Source: Patescibacteria group bacterium (lineage in GTDB: Bacteria > Patescibacteriota > Minisyncoccia > Phycocordibacterales > UBA1550). From it: a stretch of DNA of 55,067 nucleotides. A program made the position numbers and the translations under genes. The notes beneath the pieces are model-generated. The model had not been told where the DNA came from and searched no databases. It worked only from the letters and a program-made list of their open reading frames with translations. The DNA lies in assembly GCA_038062675.1 (NCBI GenBank), contig JBBTWP010000002.1:22668-77734 (forward strand). The letters run 5' to 3'. Below are positions 17,678-27,317 of the stretch, one piece after another (the first letter of the stretch is position 1; each line of letters starts with the position of its first letter).

Positions 17678-19246
17678 ATGAAAAAATTTTATATTACGAC
17701 CCCGATTTTTTACGCAAACGCGGAGCTTCATCTTGGTCATACGTATACGCTGGTACTTGCGGATATTCTTGCACGGTACCATCGTGCACTTGAAGAGAAC
17801 ACTTTTTTTCTCACCGGTATGGATGAGCACGGAGCAAAAATTGTGCGTGCAGCGCAAAAAGCTGATACGGGACCTCAGGATTTTGTAAATGGTCACGCGA
17901 CGAAGTTTCAAACACTCCTCGATAATCTTTCTATTTCGAATGACTTTTTTATTCGTACTTCGGATCAAAAACATCATTGGCACGGTGCAACAAAGCTGTG
18001 GCGTGCACTTGAAGAATCGGGGGATATTTACAAGGGAAATTATCAGGGGTTATATTGTGTCGGTTGTGAAGCGTTTGTTACTGAGAAAGAGCTCGTAAAT
18101 GGTAAATGTCCGCACCATGACACAGAGCCTGAAAAAATCGATGAACAAAATTATTTTTTCAGACTTTCTCGCTATACACCGGAGCTCAAACGCCTCATAG
18201 AATCAAAAGAGCTTTTAATAACACCTGCAACGAAGGCAAATGAAATGCTTGCCCTCTTGGATGTGCGAGGGAGTGAAAATTATGTGGGAGATATCAGCAT
18301 ATCGCGACCAGAAGGGCAGATTCCTTGGGGGATTCCTGTTCCGGGTGACCCATCGCAACTTATGTATGTGTGGTGTGATGCGCTCGCAAATTACCTTTCG
18401 GCTCTGGGGTACGGGCAAAAAGATGATGAAAATTTTTCTTTGTTTTGGCCACCTGACGTGCAGGTTATGGGCAAAGACATTATTCGCTTCCATGCGCTTT
18501 TGTGGCCGGCAATGTTGTTGTCTGCGAAACTCGCGCTCCCAAAAGAAATTTTGGTGCACGGTTTCGTAACTTCGGGTGGCAGAAAAATGTCCAAGTCGAT
18601 TGGAAATGTGTTGGTGCCTGCGGATTTTTTGGAAGAGTATGGCGTTGATGCACTTCGGTATTATTTCGCGCGCGAAGTTGCCCCTACTGACGACTGGGAC
18701 CTTACTCGTGAGAAGTTCAAAGAAGTATACAATGCAAACTTGGCGAACGGCTTAGGAAATCTTGTGTCGCGTACACTTAAAATGGCAGAGCAGTATTTTG
18801 CAGGACGTGTAGAGGGGACTGTGGCGGAGAGTTTGCCACTTCGCACACATCATGCACCTATGTTTGAGTCGGGGGACTTGGCCGGTTTTAATATTCCTTA
18901 TATTGCCACCAATAATATTTTGCCTCGGTATCACGCGCACATGAAGGCACATGAGATTAACAAAGCGGCGGACGTAGTGTGGGAATTTATTGGGAAGTTG
19001 GATCAATATGTGACCGACTATGAGCCATTCAAGCTCATCAAGACGGATCCTGCAACTGCAGAAAAAGTTATTTGGGCGCTCATTTACGGACTTCAAGAGG
19101 TTGCACACATGACGGAGCCTTTTATTCCGGAAGCATCCCAGAAGATTCAAATGCTTATTGGGTCTTCTGTAGCAGGAGAAAAAGAGGGGTCGCTCGTTTT
19201 TTTCACAAAAGCGCCGCTCGCGCCGCTCTTTATGCGCAAGGAGTAA
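17678..19246 (+). CDS. metG: Methionyl-tRNA synthetase (short form, no C-terminal tRNA-binding domain)
   Basis: MKKFYITTPIFYANAELHLGHTY (HIGH-type), a CVGCE...CPHH zinc knuckle, and KMSKS (GRKMSKSIGN). ATG 17663 is an alternative start. Confidence 0.93.
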   Translation: MKKFYITTPIFYANAELHLGHTYTLVLADILARYHRALEENTFFLTGMDEHGAKIVRAAQKADTGPQDFVNGHATKFQTLLDNLSISNDFFIRTSDQKHHWHGATKLWRALEESGDIYKGNYQGLYCVGCEAFVTEKELVNGKCPHHDTEPEKIDEQNYFFRLSRYTPELKRLIESKELLITPATKANEMLALLDVRGSENYVGDISISRPEGQIPWGIPVPGDPSQLMYVWCDALANYLSALGYGQKDDENFSLFWPPDVQVMGKDIIRFHALLWPAMLLSAKLALPKEILVHGFVTSGGRKMSKSIGNVLVPADFLEEYGVDALRYYFAREVAPTDDWDLTREKFKEVYNANLANGLGNLVSRTLKMAEQYFAGRVEGTVAESLPLRTHHAPMFESGDLAGFNIPYIATNNILPRYHAHMKAHEINKAADVVWEFIGKLDQYVTDYEPFKLIKTDPATAEKVIWALIYGLQEVAHMTEPFIPEASQKIQMLIGSSVAGEKEGSLVFFTKAPLAPLFMRKE

Positions 19247-19264
19247 TGCCTTACGTAAATAACT

Positions 19265-20089
19265 ATGAATCCGCAATTTTTTGACATCCATGCGCATGTA
19301 AATGACGTGCGGTTTAAAGATGATGAAGCCGAGGTTGTGGCGCGGATGCTCGCCGCGCGCGTCTCGGGTATTATGGTGGGCACCGACCTCGCCATGTCGC
19401 GCGCGGCGATCACCCTCGCCGAAAAATACGCGCATGTGTGGGCGACCATTGGGTGCCACCCTGTCGACAACACGAAGGAAATTTTTGACGATGCGGTATA
19501 TCAAAAAATGGCGGAGCACCCACGCGTGGTTGCAATAGGGGAATGTGGGCTCGACTACTACTGGCCAGCGGATGCGGGGTGGGTGAACAGTGAAAGTGTA
19601 GAAAAAAAGCGTCAGACGGAGCTTTTCAAGCGCCAGATCGCCATTGCAGTTGCCGTCGACAAGCCCCTCATGATCCACGGTCGTCCCACAAAAGGGAACA
19701 TGGATGCCTATGAGGATATTTTGACGATTTTAAAAGAGGCAAAAAAAGAGCACGGCAACCGCGTGCGTGGGAATATTCATTTTTTTGTCGGCACATTGCC
19801 GATTGCCGAGCAATTTTTCGCGCTCGATTTCACGATTTCATTTACGGGCGTTATTACCTTTGCGCGTGATTACGACGAGGTCATCCGCCGCGCCCCCCTC
19901 GACCGCATCATGTCTGAAACCGACGCGCCGTATGTTGCGCCCATACCTCATCGTGGCAAACGCAACGAACCCATTTTTGTAGAAGAAGTCGTGAAAAAAA
20001 TCGCCGAAATCCGTGGTGAAGATTTTGAAACGGTGCGCAAAGCGCTCGTGGTCAATGCAGAGCGCGTGTTTAGTGTTAATAAATCCTAG
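19265..20089 (+). CDS. tatD: TatD family metal-dependent hydrolase/DNase
   Basis: FFDIHAHV N-terminal metal motif, GECGLDYYW, IHGR, HFF and ETDAPY blocks typical of TatD. Confidence 0.9.
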   Translation: MNPQFFDIHAHVNDVRFKDDEAEVVARMLAARVSGIMVGTDLAMSRAAITLAEKYAHVWATIGCHPVDNTKEIFDDAVYQKMAEHPRVVAIGECGLDYYWPADAGWVNSESVEKKRQTELFKRQIAIAVAVDKPLMIHGRPTKGNMDAYEDILTILKEAKKEHGNRVRGNIHFFVGTLPIAEQFFALDFTISFTGVITFARDYDEVIRRAPLDRIMSETDAPYVAPIPHRGKRNEPIFVEEVVKKIAEIRGEDFETVRKALVVNAERVFSVNKS

Positions 20090-20113
20090 TATTATCGTGC
20101 TACACTATTTCTT

Positions 20114-20944
20114 ATGAAATACCTCAAACTTTTTGGGAAGGGATTGCTCGGGCTTGTTGTTGCGACGGTGGTCGCTTACACCGTTTTGGTCATTCTTGTG
20201 CGTCCTTCCAACGAGCGCGATTGGGCAACGGATCAGGCTGTATTGCCGTATGCTGAAATAGCAGGGGATACGGTCTCAATCCACAACATTCGCAATTTTT
20301 CGTACAAGAGTGTGAGTGAGTATACGCCAAATTATTACGACGCGACGTTCAATGTGAGCAAGCTCAAGAACGTGTATTTCATCGTCGAACCGTTTTCGGG
20401 ATATGTGGGGGCCGCGCATACCTTTTTGAGTTTTGAATTTGAAGGCGATAAATTTGTGGCGGTCTCAGTAGAAATTCGTAAGGAAAAAGGGGAGTCGTTT
20501 TCTGCAGGCAAAGGCCTCTTGCGTCAATATGAGATTACGTACGTCATCGGTGATGAGCGAGATTTAGTGAAGTTGCGCTCAAACTATCGCAAGGACCTCG
20601 TGTATGTATACCCCATTAAAACCACGCCGGAAAAAATGCGTTCCGTTTTTCTTGACATCATAGCGCGAGTGAACGAACTCAAAGCAAAACCCCAATTTTA
20701 TAACACCGCGACCAACAATTGCACCACGAATATTGCAAGCCATGTAAATCAGATTTCACCCGGACGCGTCCCGTGGGACATTACACTGCTCCTTCCTGAA
20801 AATGCAGACAGGTATGCATACGACCTCGGCCTTATCGACAATACGCGAACATTTGAAGAAACCCGTAAAGCCCACCTCATCAATGATCTAGCTGAGCAGT
20901 ATGCCGATAGCTCCGATTTCTCGCTCAAAATTCGCGGGAGGTAG
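20114..20944 (+). CDS. DUF4105-like membrane-anchored protein
   Basis: N-terminal TM, then ERDWATDQAVLPYAEI...VSIHNIRNFSY...AHTFLSFEF, which resembles the DUF4105/Lnb N-terminal family. TGcTACACT lies 7 nt upstream of the ATG. Confidence 0.78.
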   Translation: MKYLKLFGKGLLGLVVATVVAYTVLVILVRPSNERDWATDQAVLPYAEIAGDTVSIHNIRNFSYKSVSEYTPNYYDATFNVSKLKNVYFIVEPFSGYVGAAHTFLSFEFEGDKFVAVSVEIRKEKGESFSAGKGLLRQYEITYVIGDERDLVKLRSNYRKDLVYVYPIKTTPEKMRSVFLDIIARVNELKAKPQFYNTATNNCTTNIASHVNQISPGRVPWDITLLLPENADRYAYDLGLIDNTRTFEETRKAHLINDLAEQYADSSDFSLKIRGR

Positions 20945-20948
20945 TTTT

Positions 20949-20977
20949 TTGACTTTCAGCCCCCTTTCTGGTAGGAT
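20949..20977 (+). promoter_or_regulatory. Promoter TTGACT-17-TAGGAT of the rpsF-ssb-rpsR operon
   Basis: -35 at 20949..20954 and -10 at 20972..20977. The ~55-nt leader contains the hairpin CCTGTT...AACAGG (possibly an rpsF-leader-type element, unverified). Confidence 0.5.
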
Positions 20978-21036
20978 AACCAAGTTATTAGCAATGGTCC
21001 TGTTATTGAAAAAACAGGGCTTTAATTGAAAAAAGT

Positions 21037-21531
21037 ATGATTCATCAGGAACACACGGAGCCTCGCGTTTATGAGCTTGGCTACCATCTTGTTTCGACGC
21101 TTCCTGAGGAGAAAATCCCGGAAGCATCGGGAGCCGTGCGCGCGATGATTGAACAGATTTCCAAGGACATTATTGCCGAGGAGCTGCCAATATTCATCGA
21201 TCTCGCATATCCAATCGTGAAAACGGTTGAACACAAAAACCAGACCTTTACAGACGCATATTTCGGGTGGATAAAGTTCGCTGCATCCCCAGAAGGTATT
21301 GCGACACTAGAAGAAAGTTTGAAAAAGGATCACAATGTTCTTCGCTATCTTGTGGTAAAGACACTTCGTGAAAATACCCTTATTGCCAAGAAGTTTCCTT
21401 CGTCAAAGACAAAGCGCCGTGACGAAAGTACGTCCGCAGTAGCGGATGTTTCCGAAGAAGCTCAAGTCGAAACCCTTGCAGCAGTAGCTGACGACCAGCT
21501 GGACAAAGTTATTGAGAAATTGGTACTATAG
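21037..21531 (+). CDS. rpsF: 30S ribosomal protein S6 (with an acidic C-terminal extension)
   Basis: YELGYHLVSTLPEE...DLAYPI...RYLVVK pattern and the conserved rpsF-ssb-rpsR gene order. Confidence 0.85.
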   Translation: MIHQEHTEPRVYELGYHLVSTLPEEKIPEASGAVRAMIEQISKDIIAEELPIFIDLAYPIVKTVEHKNQTFTDAYFGWIKFAASPEGIATLEESLKKDHNVLRYLVVKTLRENTLIAKKFPSSKTKRRDESTSAVADVSEEAQVETLAAVADDQLDKVIEKLVL

Positions 21532-21535
21532 TCTT

Positions 21536-22006
21536 ATGTATCTCAATAAAGCAATCGTCTACGGCAATCTTACGCGCGATCCTGAAATGAAGGCATTGCC
21601 TTCAGGGATTAAGGTCACCAGTTTTAGTCTTGCGACTAATCGTGTCTGGAAAGACAAAGCAGGAACAAAGCAGGAAAGTGTCGACTATCACAATATTGTG
21701 CTTTTTGGCAAACTTGCAGAGCTTGCGGCGCAATACTTGAAACGAGGCGCCTCTGTTTTGGTGGAAGGACGCATGCAGACGCGAAGCTGGGACGATAAAG
21801 ATGGCAGCAAGAAGTACCGGACTGAAGTTATTGGAGACAGTATGCAGTTTGGACCACGTGCAGCTGGTGGCGGAGCTCCTTCAGGCGCTTCCTCATCTGC
21901 TCCAGCACGCGCTGGCGCCAAAAGTGCCCCTGTGGCAAGTGCTCCCGAGCTCGAGACGATTGAATATCCCGAAGAAGACATTAACCCCGACGACATACCA
22001 TTCTAA
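21536..22006 (+). CDS. ssb: Single-stranded DNA-binding protein
   Basis: MYLNKAIVYGNLTRDPEMKALPSG...YHNIVLFGKLAE OB fold, a Gly/Ala/Ser-rich linker and the canonical C-terminal DDIPF tail. TGgTACTAT lies 6 nt upstream of the ATG. Confidence 0.94.
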   Translation: MYLNKAIVYGNLTRDPEMKALPSGIKVTSFSLATNRVWKDKAGTKQESVDYHNIVLFGKLAELAAQYLKRGASVLVEGRMQTRSWDDKDGSKKYRTEVIGDSMQFGPRAAGGGAPSGASSSAPARAGAKSAPVASAPELETIEYPEEDINPDDIPF

Positions 22007-22018
22007 CGAACCATTCTT

Positions 22019-22222
22019 ATGAACCAACAGTGTTATTTTACGACGAACAATATTAAACTTATTGATTACAAGGATATCGAAATTTTGAAGAAATTTTTGA
22101 ATCCTCATGCACGCATGATTGCATCACGCCGTACAGGTGTATGTGCAAAGCATCAGCGCCAGCTCGCGTCTGCGGTAAAGCGCGCGCGCTTCATGGGACT
22201 TATTCCTTATATCGCTCAATAG
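22019..22222 (+). CDS. rpsR: 30S ribosomal protein S18
   Basis: IDYKDIEILKKFLNPHARMIASRRTGVCAKHQRQLASAVKRARFMGLIPY is the conserved S18 core. Confidence 0.94.
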   Translation: MNQQCYFTTNNIKLIDYKDIEILKKFLNPHARMIASRRTGVCAKHQRQLASAVKRARFMGLIPYIAQ

Positions 22223-22234
22223 TTGAAGAGGGAA

Positions 22235-22293
22235 ATCCCCCCCCCCAACAAAAAACCCCGCCTTAAAGGCGGGGTTTTTTGTTGGGGGGGGAT
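22235..22293. terminator. Long near-perfect palindrome serving as a bidirectional terminator between rpsR and efp
   Basis: AT-C10-AACAAAAAACCCCGCC / TTAAA / GGCGGGGTTTTTTGTT-G8-AT. The inner part is a classic terminator and the outer part extends it with a C10/G8 homopolymer pair. It abuts the efp stop codon. Confidence 0.8.
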
Positions 22294-22863
22294 CTACTTT
22301 TTATCTACTCGTTCAACATAGTCTCCAGTTTCCGTATTGATGCGGATGATGTCGCCTTCGTTGATGAACATAGGAGTATTGAGAGTTGCGCCGGTTTCGA
22401 GAACCACTTGCTTGGTGCCACCTTGGACTGTGTTTCCTTTCACTGCAGGAGCCGCTTCTTTGACCAAGAGCTCAACTTTGATAGGGAGGCGCACTCCAAT
22501 CACCGCTTCGGCAAATACCATCGCCTCAACGAGCGTATTGGGCTTCAAGAACTTTTGTTTACCTTCAAGAACTGCGTCGGTGAGTGTAAAGCGCTTGGAA
22601 GGGTCACTTGCATCACAAAACCATGATTCACCACGCGATGCATAGAGATATTTGATTTCCTTTGTCTCAATATCCGCTTCGCGCACCTTTTCTGCTTGGT
22701 GGAATGATTGCTCCACAATACGGCCCGTAATCATGTGGCGGAGCTTGGTTTGGTTGACCGGCTTGCGCATTTGCTTGCGAAAAACGTGCGATGAAAGCAC
22801 TTCATATGGCTCATTATCAAAAATAATGCATTTCTTGGGTGTGATTTCACTATAATCCAACAT
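22294..22863 (-). CDS. efp: Elongation factor P
   Basis: 189 aa with the three-domain EF-P pattern (…NEPYEVLSSHVF…TKLRHMITGRIVEQSF…YLY…GD…TGDYVERV). The usual PGKG loop is replaced (see findings). Confidence 0.92.
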   Translation of the reverse strand: MLDYSEITPKKCIIFDNEPYEVLSSHVFRKQMRKPVNQTKLRHMITGRIVEQSFHQAEKVREADIETKEIKYLYASRGESWFCDASDPSKRFTLTDAVLEGKQKFLKPNTLVEAMVFAEAVIGVRLPIKVELLVKEAAPAVKGNTVQGGTKQVVLETGATLNTPMFINEGDIIRINTETGDYVERVDKK

Positions 22864-22949
22864 AATGAAGCCATCTTACTCTAAAAAAGCCAAAAAGTCC
22901 ACTTTTTTTCAGAGGTGGCGCAGGTGCTCAATGTTGCACGTATTTGCAT

Positions 22950-22984
22950 AAAAAAATCCCCCAAACCTTGCGGTCGGGGGGATT
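22950..22984 (-). terminator. Terminator of the 720-aa surface protein gene
   Basis: AATCCCCC...GGGGGATT hairpin. On the minus strand it is followed by a T7 run (the plus-strand A-run at 22950..22956). Confidence 0.7.
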
Positions 22985-23016
22985 GAAAGTACTACTCACA
23001 TGGTTCTTTGATCACA

Positions 23017-25179
23017 TCAGTTTGAACGAGTTTGAAAGAGGCCATCCGCAGGTAGAACCCCAACCCCATTTGTCCAACGAGGATCATTGTCGTCTGTGTT
23101 CCCGACTGTGTTCCAAATGAAGCCACTCATAGTTGTCCCCAATACATCGTTCACTGTTCCTAGAGCAAAATTTTCTGCTCCGGTTGACGATGAAAAGCGG
23201 GGGTCCCCCAAGAGTTTTGTGACGCAGGCGTAGGTTACTTCCTTTGGTACCACGGTCCCTTTGAGCCTGAAATAATAAGCCCCACCGGCTGGCACAGTAA
23301 CTGGCGGTAGTCCAAAGTAAAGCCCTACACTGTTTGTTGACGGACCAAGCTTTATTGTTCCCGTGAGGTTGCCTTCCACAACTCCATATATCGGTGTGGT
23401 GTAGCTCTGGTCACTATAGGCAAACAATGCAACATCCTTAATCTCCAGTCCTGTGCAGCTAATGGAAAAACTCATATGACGCAACGCGACGTCCCCATGC
23501 CAATCAGCCATTACTTTGAATTGAATGAAACTTCCATCCGCAAGACTTGTCGCGTTTAGAGGTTCCAATGCAACCGTGGGAAATGACTTGAACATGCGAT
23601 ATCCTGCAGTTTCTGTGTACCCAACCACGTTCGTGACCAGACCAGACGAATCGCCGATAGCAAAGGTGGTTTCTGGGTCTATTTCAATCCGAATGAAAGC
23701 ACCTTCAATTCCCGGATATCCAAGACCTGTATCAGAAAGAGTTGCGCGGATGGTAAAATCTTTGCAAGTTTCTGTTGAAACCCATGGACCTGATCCCTTA
23801 AGGAGCATTGTTGTGGTGAGACGATCTCCCACAAAAATAGATGAACCCCATTGCAGAGTTTCTCCTCCTTCACCTCTGTAGTCCCAAATTGTGACGTCGA
23901 CGAGGCTTTGCGGAGAACCTGAAGCCAATCTCAAGCCAACTTGGTAGAGATACTGACCTTCGTTGGTCCCACAAAACCTATAGACCCCAGAATTGACATC
24001 TTTTGAACCAGAAGCCACGAGGGTATATGACGGACTACGAGGCGATGTGGAGACGGATAATGATCCTACTCCAATCGTTATCGTACTGCCACTGACCCCT
24101 ATGCCGGTTACCGGTACATTTGTGCCTGAAGCCACGCCGGTTGCGATTACTGCTTTGATTTGCTCCGTACTTATCCTCCATGTGAACATGCTCCCTTGAG
24201 GGGTGCTTGAAGAAATGTTGCATTTGAGCCTCAATGTCTTTATCGTGCCTTTCAGAACGGTAAGGGCCGAGTCGTAGATGAACGTTTCTTTCCATGTGTA
24301 AGGATTCACAATGTTGGACCCTGTGTTGATTGGCGTTGCGCCATCAAATAGTTGACATGCAGATAGATCTGCATAGATGCCAGGGCCAGGGTTTAGGGTA
24401 AGAGGGAGGCTGTGAGTACGGACGTCCTCAGCTGATGCAGACGCATCAAGCTGGAATTCCGCGAATACCACCCCCTTCGTTCCTGCAACAATAGTATGCG
24501 CAGGCGGGTTTACCGATTGCGAAATACTGAGTGCGGGACCTCTTGCTGTCACTGTGCTCATGATGAGTAATGTGTCAGCGAGAGTAATGCCTTTGCCAGT
24601 AGCTTGATCTTTTACACCCACCCAATCTTTTGAGGGATTGAATGATGTGGTAAATGTCGTGCCATTGGAAGTCTCCGAACTCACCATCCCCTTGAGGACA
24701 TACGTGTGTCGCCCTTTTGGGTAGGTAACCATATCGGTGAACGTCACAATCTCGGAATCACCTTCACCGCGTGTTGCATCAACGGGACCGGCGACAATTG
24801 CGCCAGTTTCGTTGTAAAGTGCAACATTTGTTGAGAGAGGTGACCGAGCGGATGCCCTGATATGGAAGATTGAAGTGTCCGCCGATGTTGGTCCGTTCGG
24901 AACATCGATGATGTACCCACCAAGATATTGGCGAGGTACACCGATGGCAATGTTTTGAGCGGGAGTATTCAGCAGTGTGACCGTTACGCCACAGGTGTCT
25001 GTTCCCGCCGCCACGACGCACGTCGTTTCGGTTTCAGGTAACGTGGGGCAGGGGACTTCTTTGCCGTCCTGCACACACGTGACTCGCACTTCCGGTGGGA
25101 CTTCTTTAGGAAGCTTGATGACGCACGCTGTCGTGCTTGCCACCAAGAATGCCAAAAGCCACAGTTTCATTTTCTGCAT
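23017..25179 (-). CDS. Secreted/cell-surface protein, paralog of the central region of CDS 31900..35394
   Basis: N-terminal signal-like MQKMKLWLLAFLVASTTAC and AAGGAGAGG just upstream of the ATG. Long blocks are collinear with the 1164-aa protein, for example LYNETGAIVAGPVDA / LYNVNGAIVAGPVDA, LDASASAEDVR / LDASQSGEDVR and CQLFDGATPINTGSNIVNP / CQLFDGTTALNTGSNVVNP. Confidence 0.87.
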   Translation of the reverse strand: MQKMKLWLLAFLVASTTACVIKLPKEVPPEVRVTCVQDGKEVPCPTLPETETTCVVAAGTDTCGVTVTLLNTPAQNIAIGVPRQYLGGYIIDVPNGPTSADTSIFHIRASARSPLSTNVALYNETGAIVAGPVDATRGEGDSEIVTFTDMVTYPKGRHTYVLKGMVSSETSNGTTFTTSFNPSKDWVGVKDQATGKGITLADTLLIMSTVTARGPALSISQSVNPPAHTIVAGTKGVVFAEFQLDASASAEDVRTHSLPLTLNPGPGIYADLSACQLFDGATPINTGSNIVNPYTWKETFIYDSALTVLKGTIKTLRLKCNISSSTPQGSMFTWRISTEQIKAVIATGVASGTNVPVTGIGVSGSTITIGVGSLSVSTSPRSPSYTLVASGSKDVNSGVYRFCGTNEGQYLYQVGLRLASGSPQSLVDVTIWDYRGEGGETLQWGSSIFVGDRLTTTMLLKGSGPWVSTETCKDFTIRATLSDTGLGYPGIEGAFIRIEIDPETTFAIGDSSGLVTNVVGYTETAGYRMFKSFPTVALEPLNATSLADGSFIQFKVMADWHGDVALRHMSFSISCTGLEIKDVALFAYSDQSYTTPIYGVVEGNLTGTIKLGPSTNSVGLYFGLPPVTVPAGGAYYFRLKGTVVPKEVTYACVTKLLGDPRFSSSTGAENFALGTVNDVLGTTMSGFIWNTVGNTDDNDPRWTNGVGVLPADGLFQTRSN

Positions 25180-25373
25180 TTGCCTCTCCTTGTTGAAAAC
25201 GGGGAAGAATTCCTCGTTTTGTCTTTGTTTTTACTGATGTTTTTCAAATAACAATGCCCCAAAATGGGGAATGTCTGCTGGTTACTATTATAGCATAGTT
25301 GATATGTTGTTGTCAACTGGTCGAATAAGTAGGTTCAACAAGTAAGTGCAACGCTCGATAATATATCAAGTGC

Positions 25374-25430
25374 ATGAAATACAAGCATTTTACCATCGAG
25401 GAACGCGAGAAAATCCAAGAAATGCTATGA
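25374..25430 (+). pseudogene. Possible relic of an IS30-family transposase N-terminus (18 codons)
   Basis: ATG AAA TAC AAG CAT TTT ACC ATC GAG GAA CGC GAG AAA ATC CAA GAA ATG CTA TGA gives MKYKHFTIEEREKIQEML*, which resembles the K-H-L-T-x-E-E-R-x-x-I start of IS30 transposases. Nothing further is recognisable downstream. Confidence 0.25.
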
Positions 25431-25464
25431 CAGTCCTTGCCATGAAAGCATGCATGCGTAGATG

Positions 25465-26232
25465 TTATTGCCCCGCTTCCTTTTTTTGTCCCGCATACCC
25501 TGTGTATGCCTGCATCAATTCAAGAGGAAGGGTGAAGACGACGGTGTTGGATTGGTCGGAAGAAATGTCGTTGATGGAGTTGAGGGTCCTCAAATGAAGC
25601 GCCCCAACACTTCCTGATAAAATTTTGGCAGCCTGCGCAAGGTTTTGTGCCGCAGAAACTTCACCCTCGGAGTTGATGATGACCGCACGGCGTTCGCGTT
25701 CTGCTTCTGCTTGTTTTGCGATCGTGCGTACCATGTTCTCAGGGAGTTCAATGTCTTTGAGCTCAACCGATGCCACATCCACACCCCAACCTTTTGTTGC
25801 TTTGTCGATAATTTCCTCAATCTGGTCTGAAATTTTCTGACGTTCCGCAAGGAGTTCGTCGAGGGTGACAGAACCGGCAATGTTGCGCATGGTGGTTTGT
25901 GCAAGTTGGAGCACGGCGTAGTCAATGTCTTGGATGTCGATAATCGCTTTTGCAACATCCGTGATCTGGTAATAAATCACGGCATTTATTTTTGCCGAGA
26001 CGTTGTCTTTGGTAATAGCGTCTTGAGAGGGGACGTCGACAGTTTTTAAACGTACGTCAACTCTTTTGATGCTCTGGAATACGGGAATGACCAAGCGCCA
26101 CCCCGGGTTTGCTACGCTCGTAAATATCCCAAAGGTGAATCGTACGCCACGCTCCCATTGATCTACTTGTTTGATGCTGGCAAGGAGGAGAATCACCAGC
26201 ATTACTATCCCATATGTTATTAATGTAGTCAT
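25465..26232 (-). CDS. SPFH/band-7 (stomatin/slipin-like) membrane protein
   Basis: N-terminal TM followed by ...VDQWERGVRFTFG...VDVPSQDAITKDNV...AVIYYQI...TLDELL...GWGVDVASVELKDIELP, typical of the SPFH domain. Confidence 0.9.
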   Translation of the reverse strand: MTTLITYGIVMLVILLLASIKQVDQWERGVRFTFGIFTSVANPGWRLVIPVFQSIKRVDVRLKTVDVPSQDAITKDNVSAKINAVIYYQITDVAKAIIDIQDIDYAVLQLAQTTMRNIAGSVTLDELLAERQKISDQIEEIIDKATKGWGVDVASVELKDIELPENMVRTIAKQAEAERERRAVIINSEGEVSAAQNLAQAAKILSGSVGALHLRTLNSINDISSDQSNTVVFTLPLELMQAYTGYAGQKKEAGQ

Positions 26233-26293
26233 TGTTGTAAAGTTTTAGATTGTTAAATATTCACGGCAGGGACTGTCCTTGCCGTTGAGAGTG

Positions 26294-27313
26294 CTACTCT
26301 ACCTCCTTGAGCTTTTCGCGGATTTCTTTCAAAATGTCGGCACGAACGGCCTTGTTTTCTTTTTCAGCGAGGAATGTGCAGGCGGAGTCGTATCCACGGC
26401 CGATTTTGATGTCGCCGTAAGCATACGAAGAGCCAGACTTTTGGAGGATTTCAAATTTCTCCCCCAGGGTCAAAATTTCGCCTTCTTGTGAAATACCTTT
26501 TCCGTGAATGAGGTCAAATTCGGCTTGCTTGAATGGCGAAGCAACTTTGTTTTTAACGACTTTTACTTTAGTGCGACTGCCGATAACCTCATCACCTTTT
26601 TTGATTTGTGCAATGCGACGAATGTCGAGGCGAACCGAGGTGTAGAACTTGAGCGCCTTGCCCCCCGGTGTAGTTTCTGGGTTGCCAAACATGACACCAA
26701 TCTGCATGCGGATTTGGTTAATGAAAATGACGATGGTCTTTGAGCTGGCAACAATCGCGGTGAGCTTGCGGAGAGCCTGTGACATGAGGCGCGCTTGCTT
26801 GCCGACATGGTGTGCGCCCATATCGCCTTCGATTTCGTCTTTTGGAGTAAGCGCAGCGACCGAATCCACCACGAGTACGTCGATTTTTCCTGAACGGACG
26901 AGACTCTCTGTGATTTCGAGCGCTTGCTCGCCGTTGTCGGGCTGTGAAATGAGGAGCTCGTCGACGTTGACGCCGAGCTTGCGTGCGTAGTCAGGGTCCA
27001 TGGCGTGCTCAGCGTCAACAAAGGCGCAGATACCGCCCATTTTTTGTGCCTCCGCAACCACGTGGAGGGTAAGTGTGGTCTTACCTGAAGACTCTGGTCC
27101 AAAGATTTCAATAATACGGCCGCGGGGAAGTCCACCAACGCCGAGCGCGTAGTCGAGCCCAATAGAGCCGGTGGGGATGGCGTCAATGCCAACTTTTGGC
27201 TTGTCGCCAAGTTTCATGATGGAGCCTTCACCAAACTTTGCCTGGATAGCCTTGATAGTGTCCTCAATATTTGCGCCGTGCTCTTTAGGTGCCTTTGCTG
27301 GTTTTTTTTGCAT
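26294..27313 (-). CDS. recA: Recombinase RecA
   Basis: [36 protein letters not shown] (Walker A), LVVDSVAAL, and [28 protein letters not shown]. Confidence 0.97.
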   Translation of the reverse strand: MQKKPAKAPKEHGANIEDTIKAIQAKFGEGSIMKLGDKPKVGIDAIPTGSIGLDYALGVGGLPRGRIIEIFGPESSGKTTLTLHVVAEAQKMGGICAFVDAEHAMDPDYARKLGVNVDELLISQPDNGEQALEITESLVRSGKIDVLVVDSVAALTPKDEIEGDMGAHHVGKQARLMSQALRKLTAIVASSKTIVIFINQIRMQIGVMFGNPETTPGGKALKFYTSVRLDIRRIAQIKKGDEVIGSRTKVKVVKNKVASPFKQAEFDLIHGKGISQEGEILTLGEKFEILQKSGSSYAYGDIKIGRGYDSACTFLAEKENKAVRADILKEIREKLKEVE

Positions 27314-27317
27314 AAAA

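Noticed and set aside
25346-25597. 83-aa ORF (GTG start) overlapping the 3' end of the SPFH gene
   Set aside because: It overlaps a well-supported minus-strand CDS and is Cys/Arg-rich nonsense. Only the short different-frame IS30-like 18-codon stretch nearby is worth noting.
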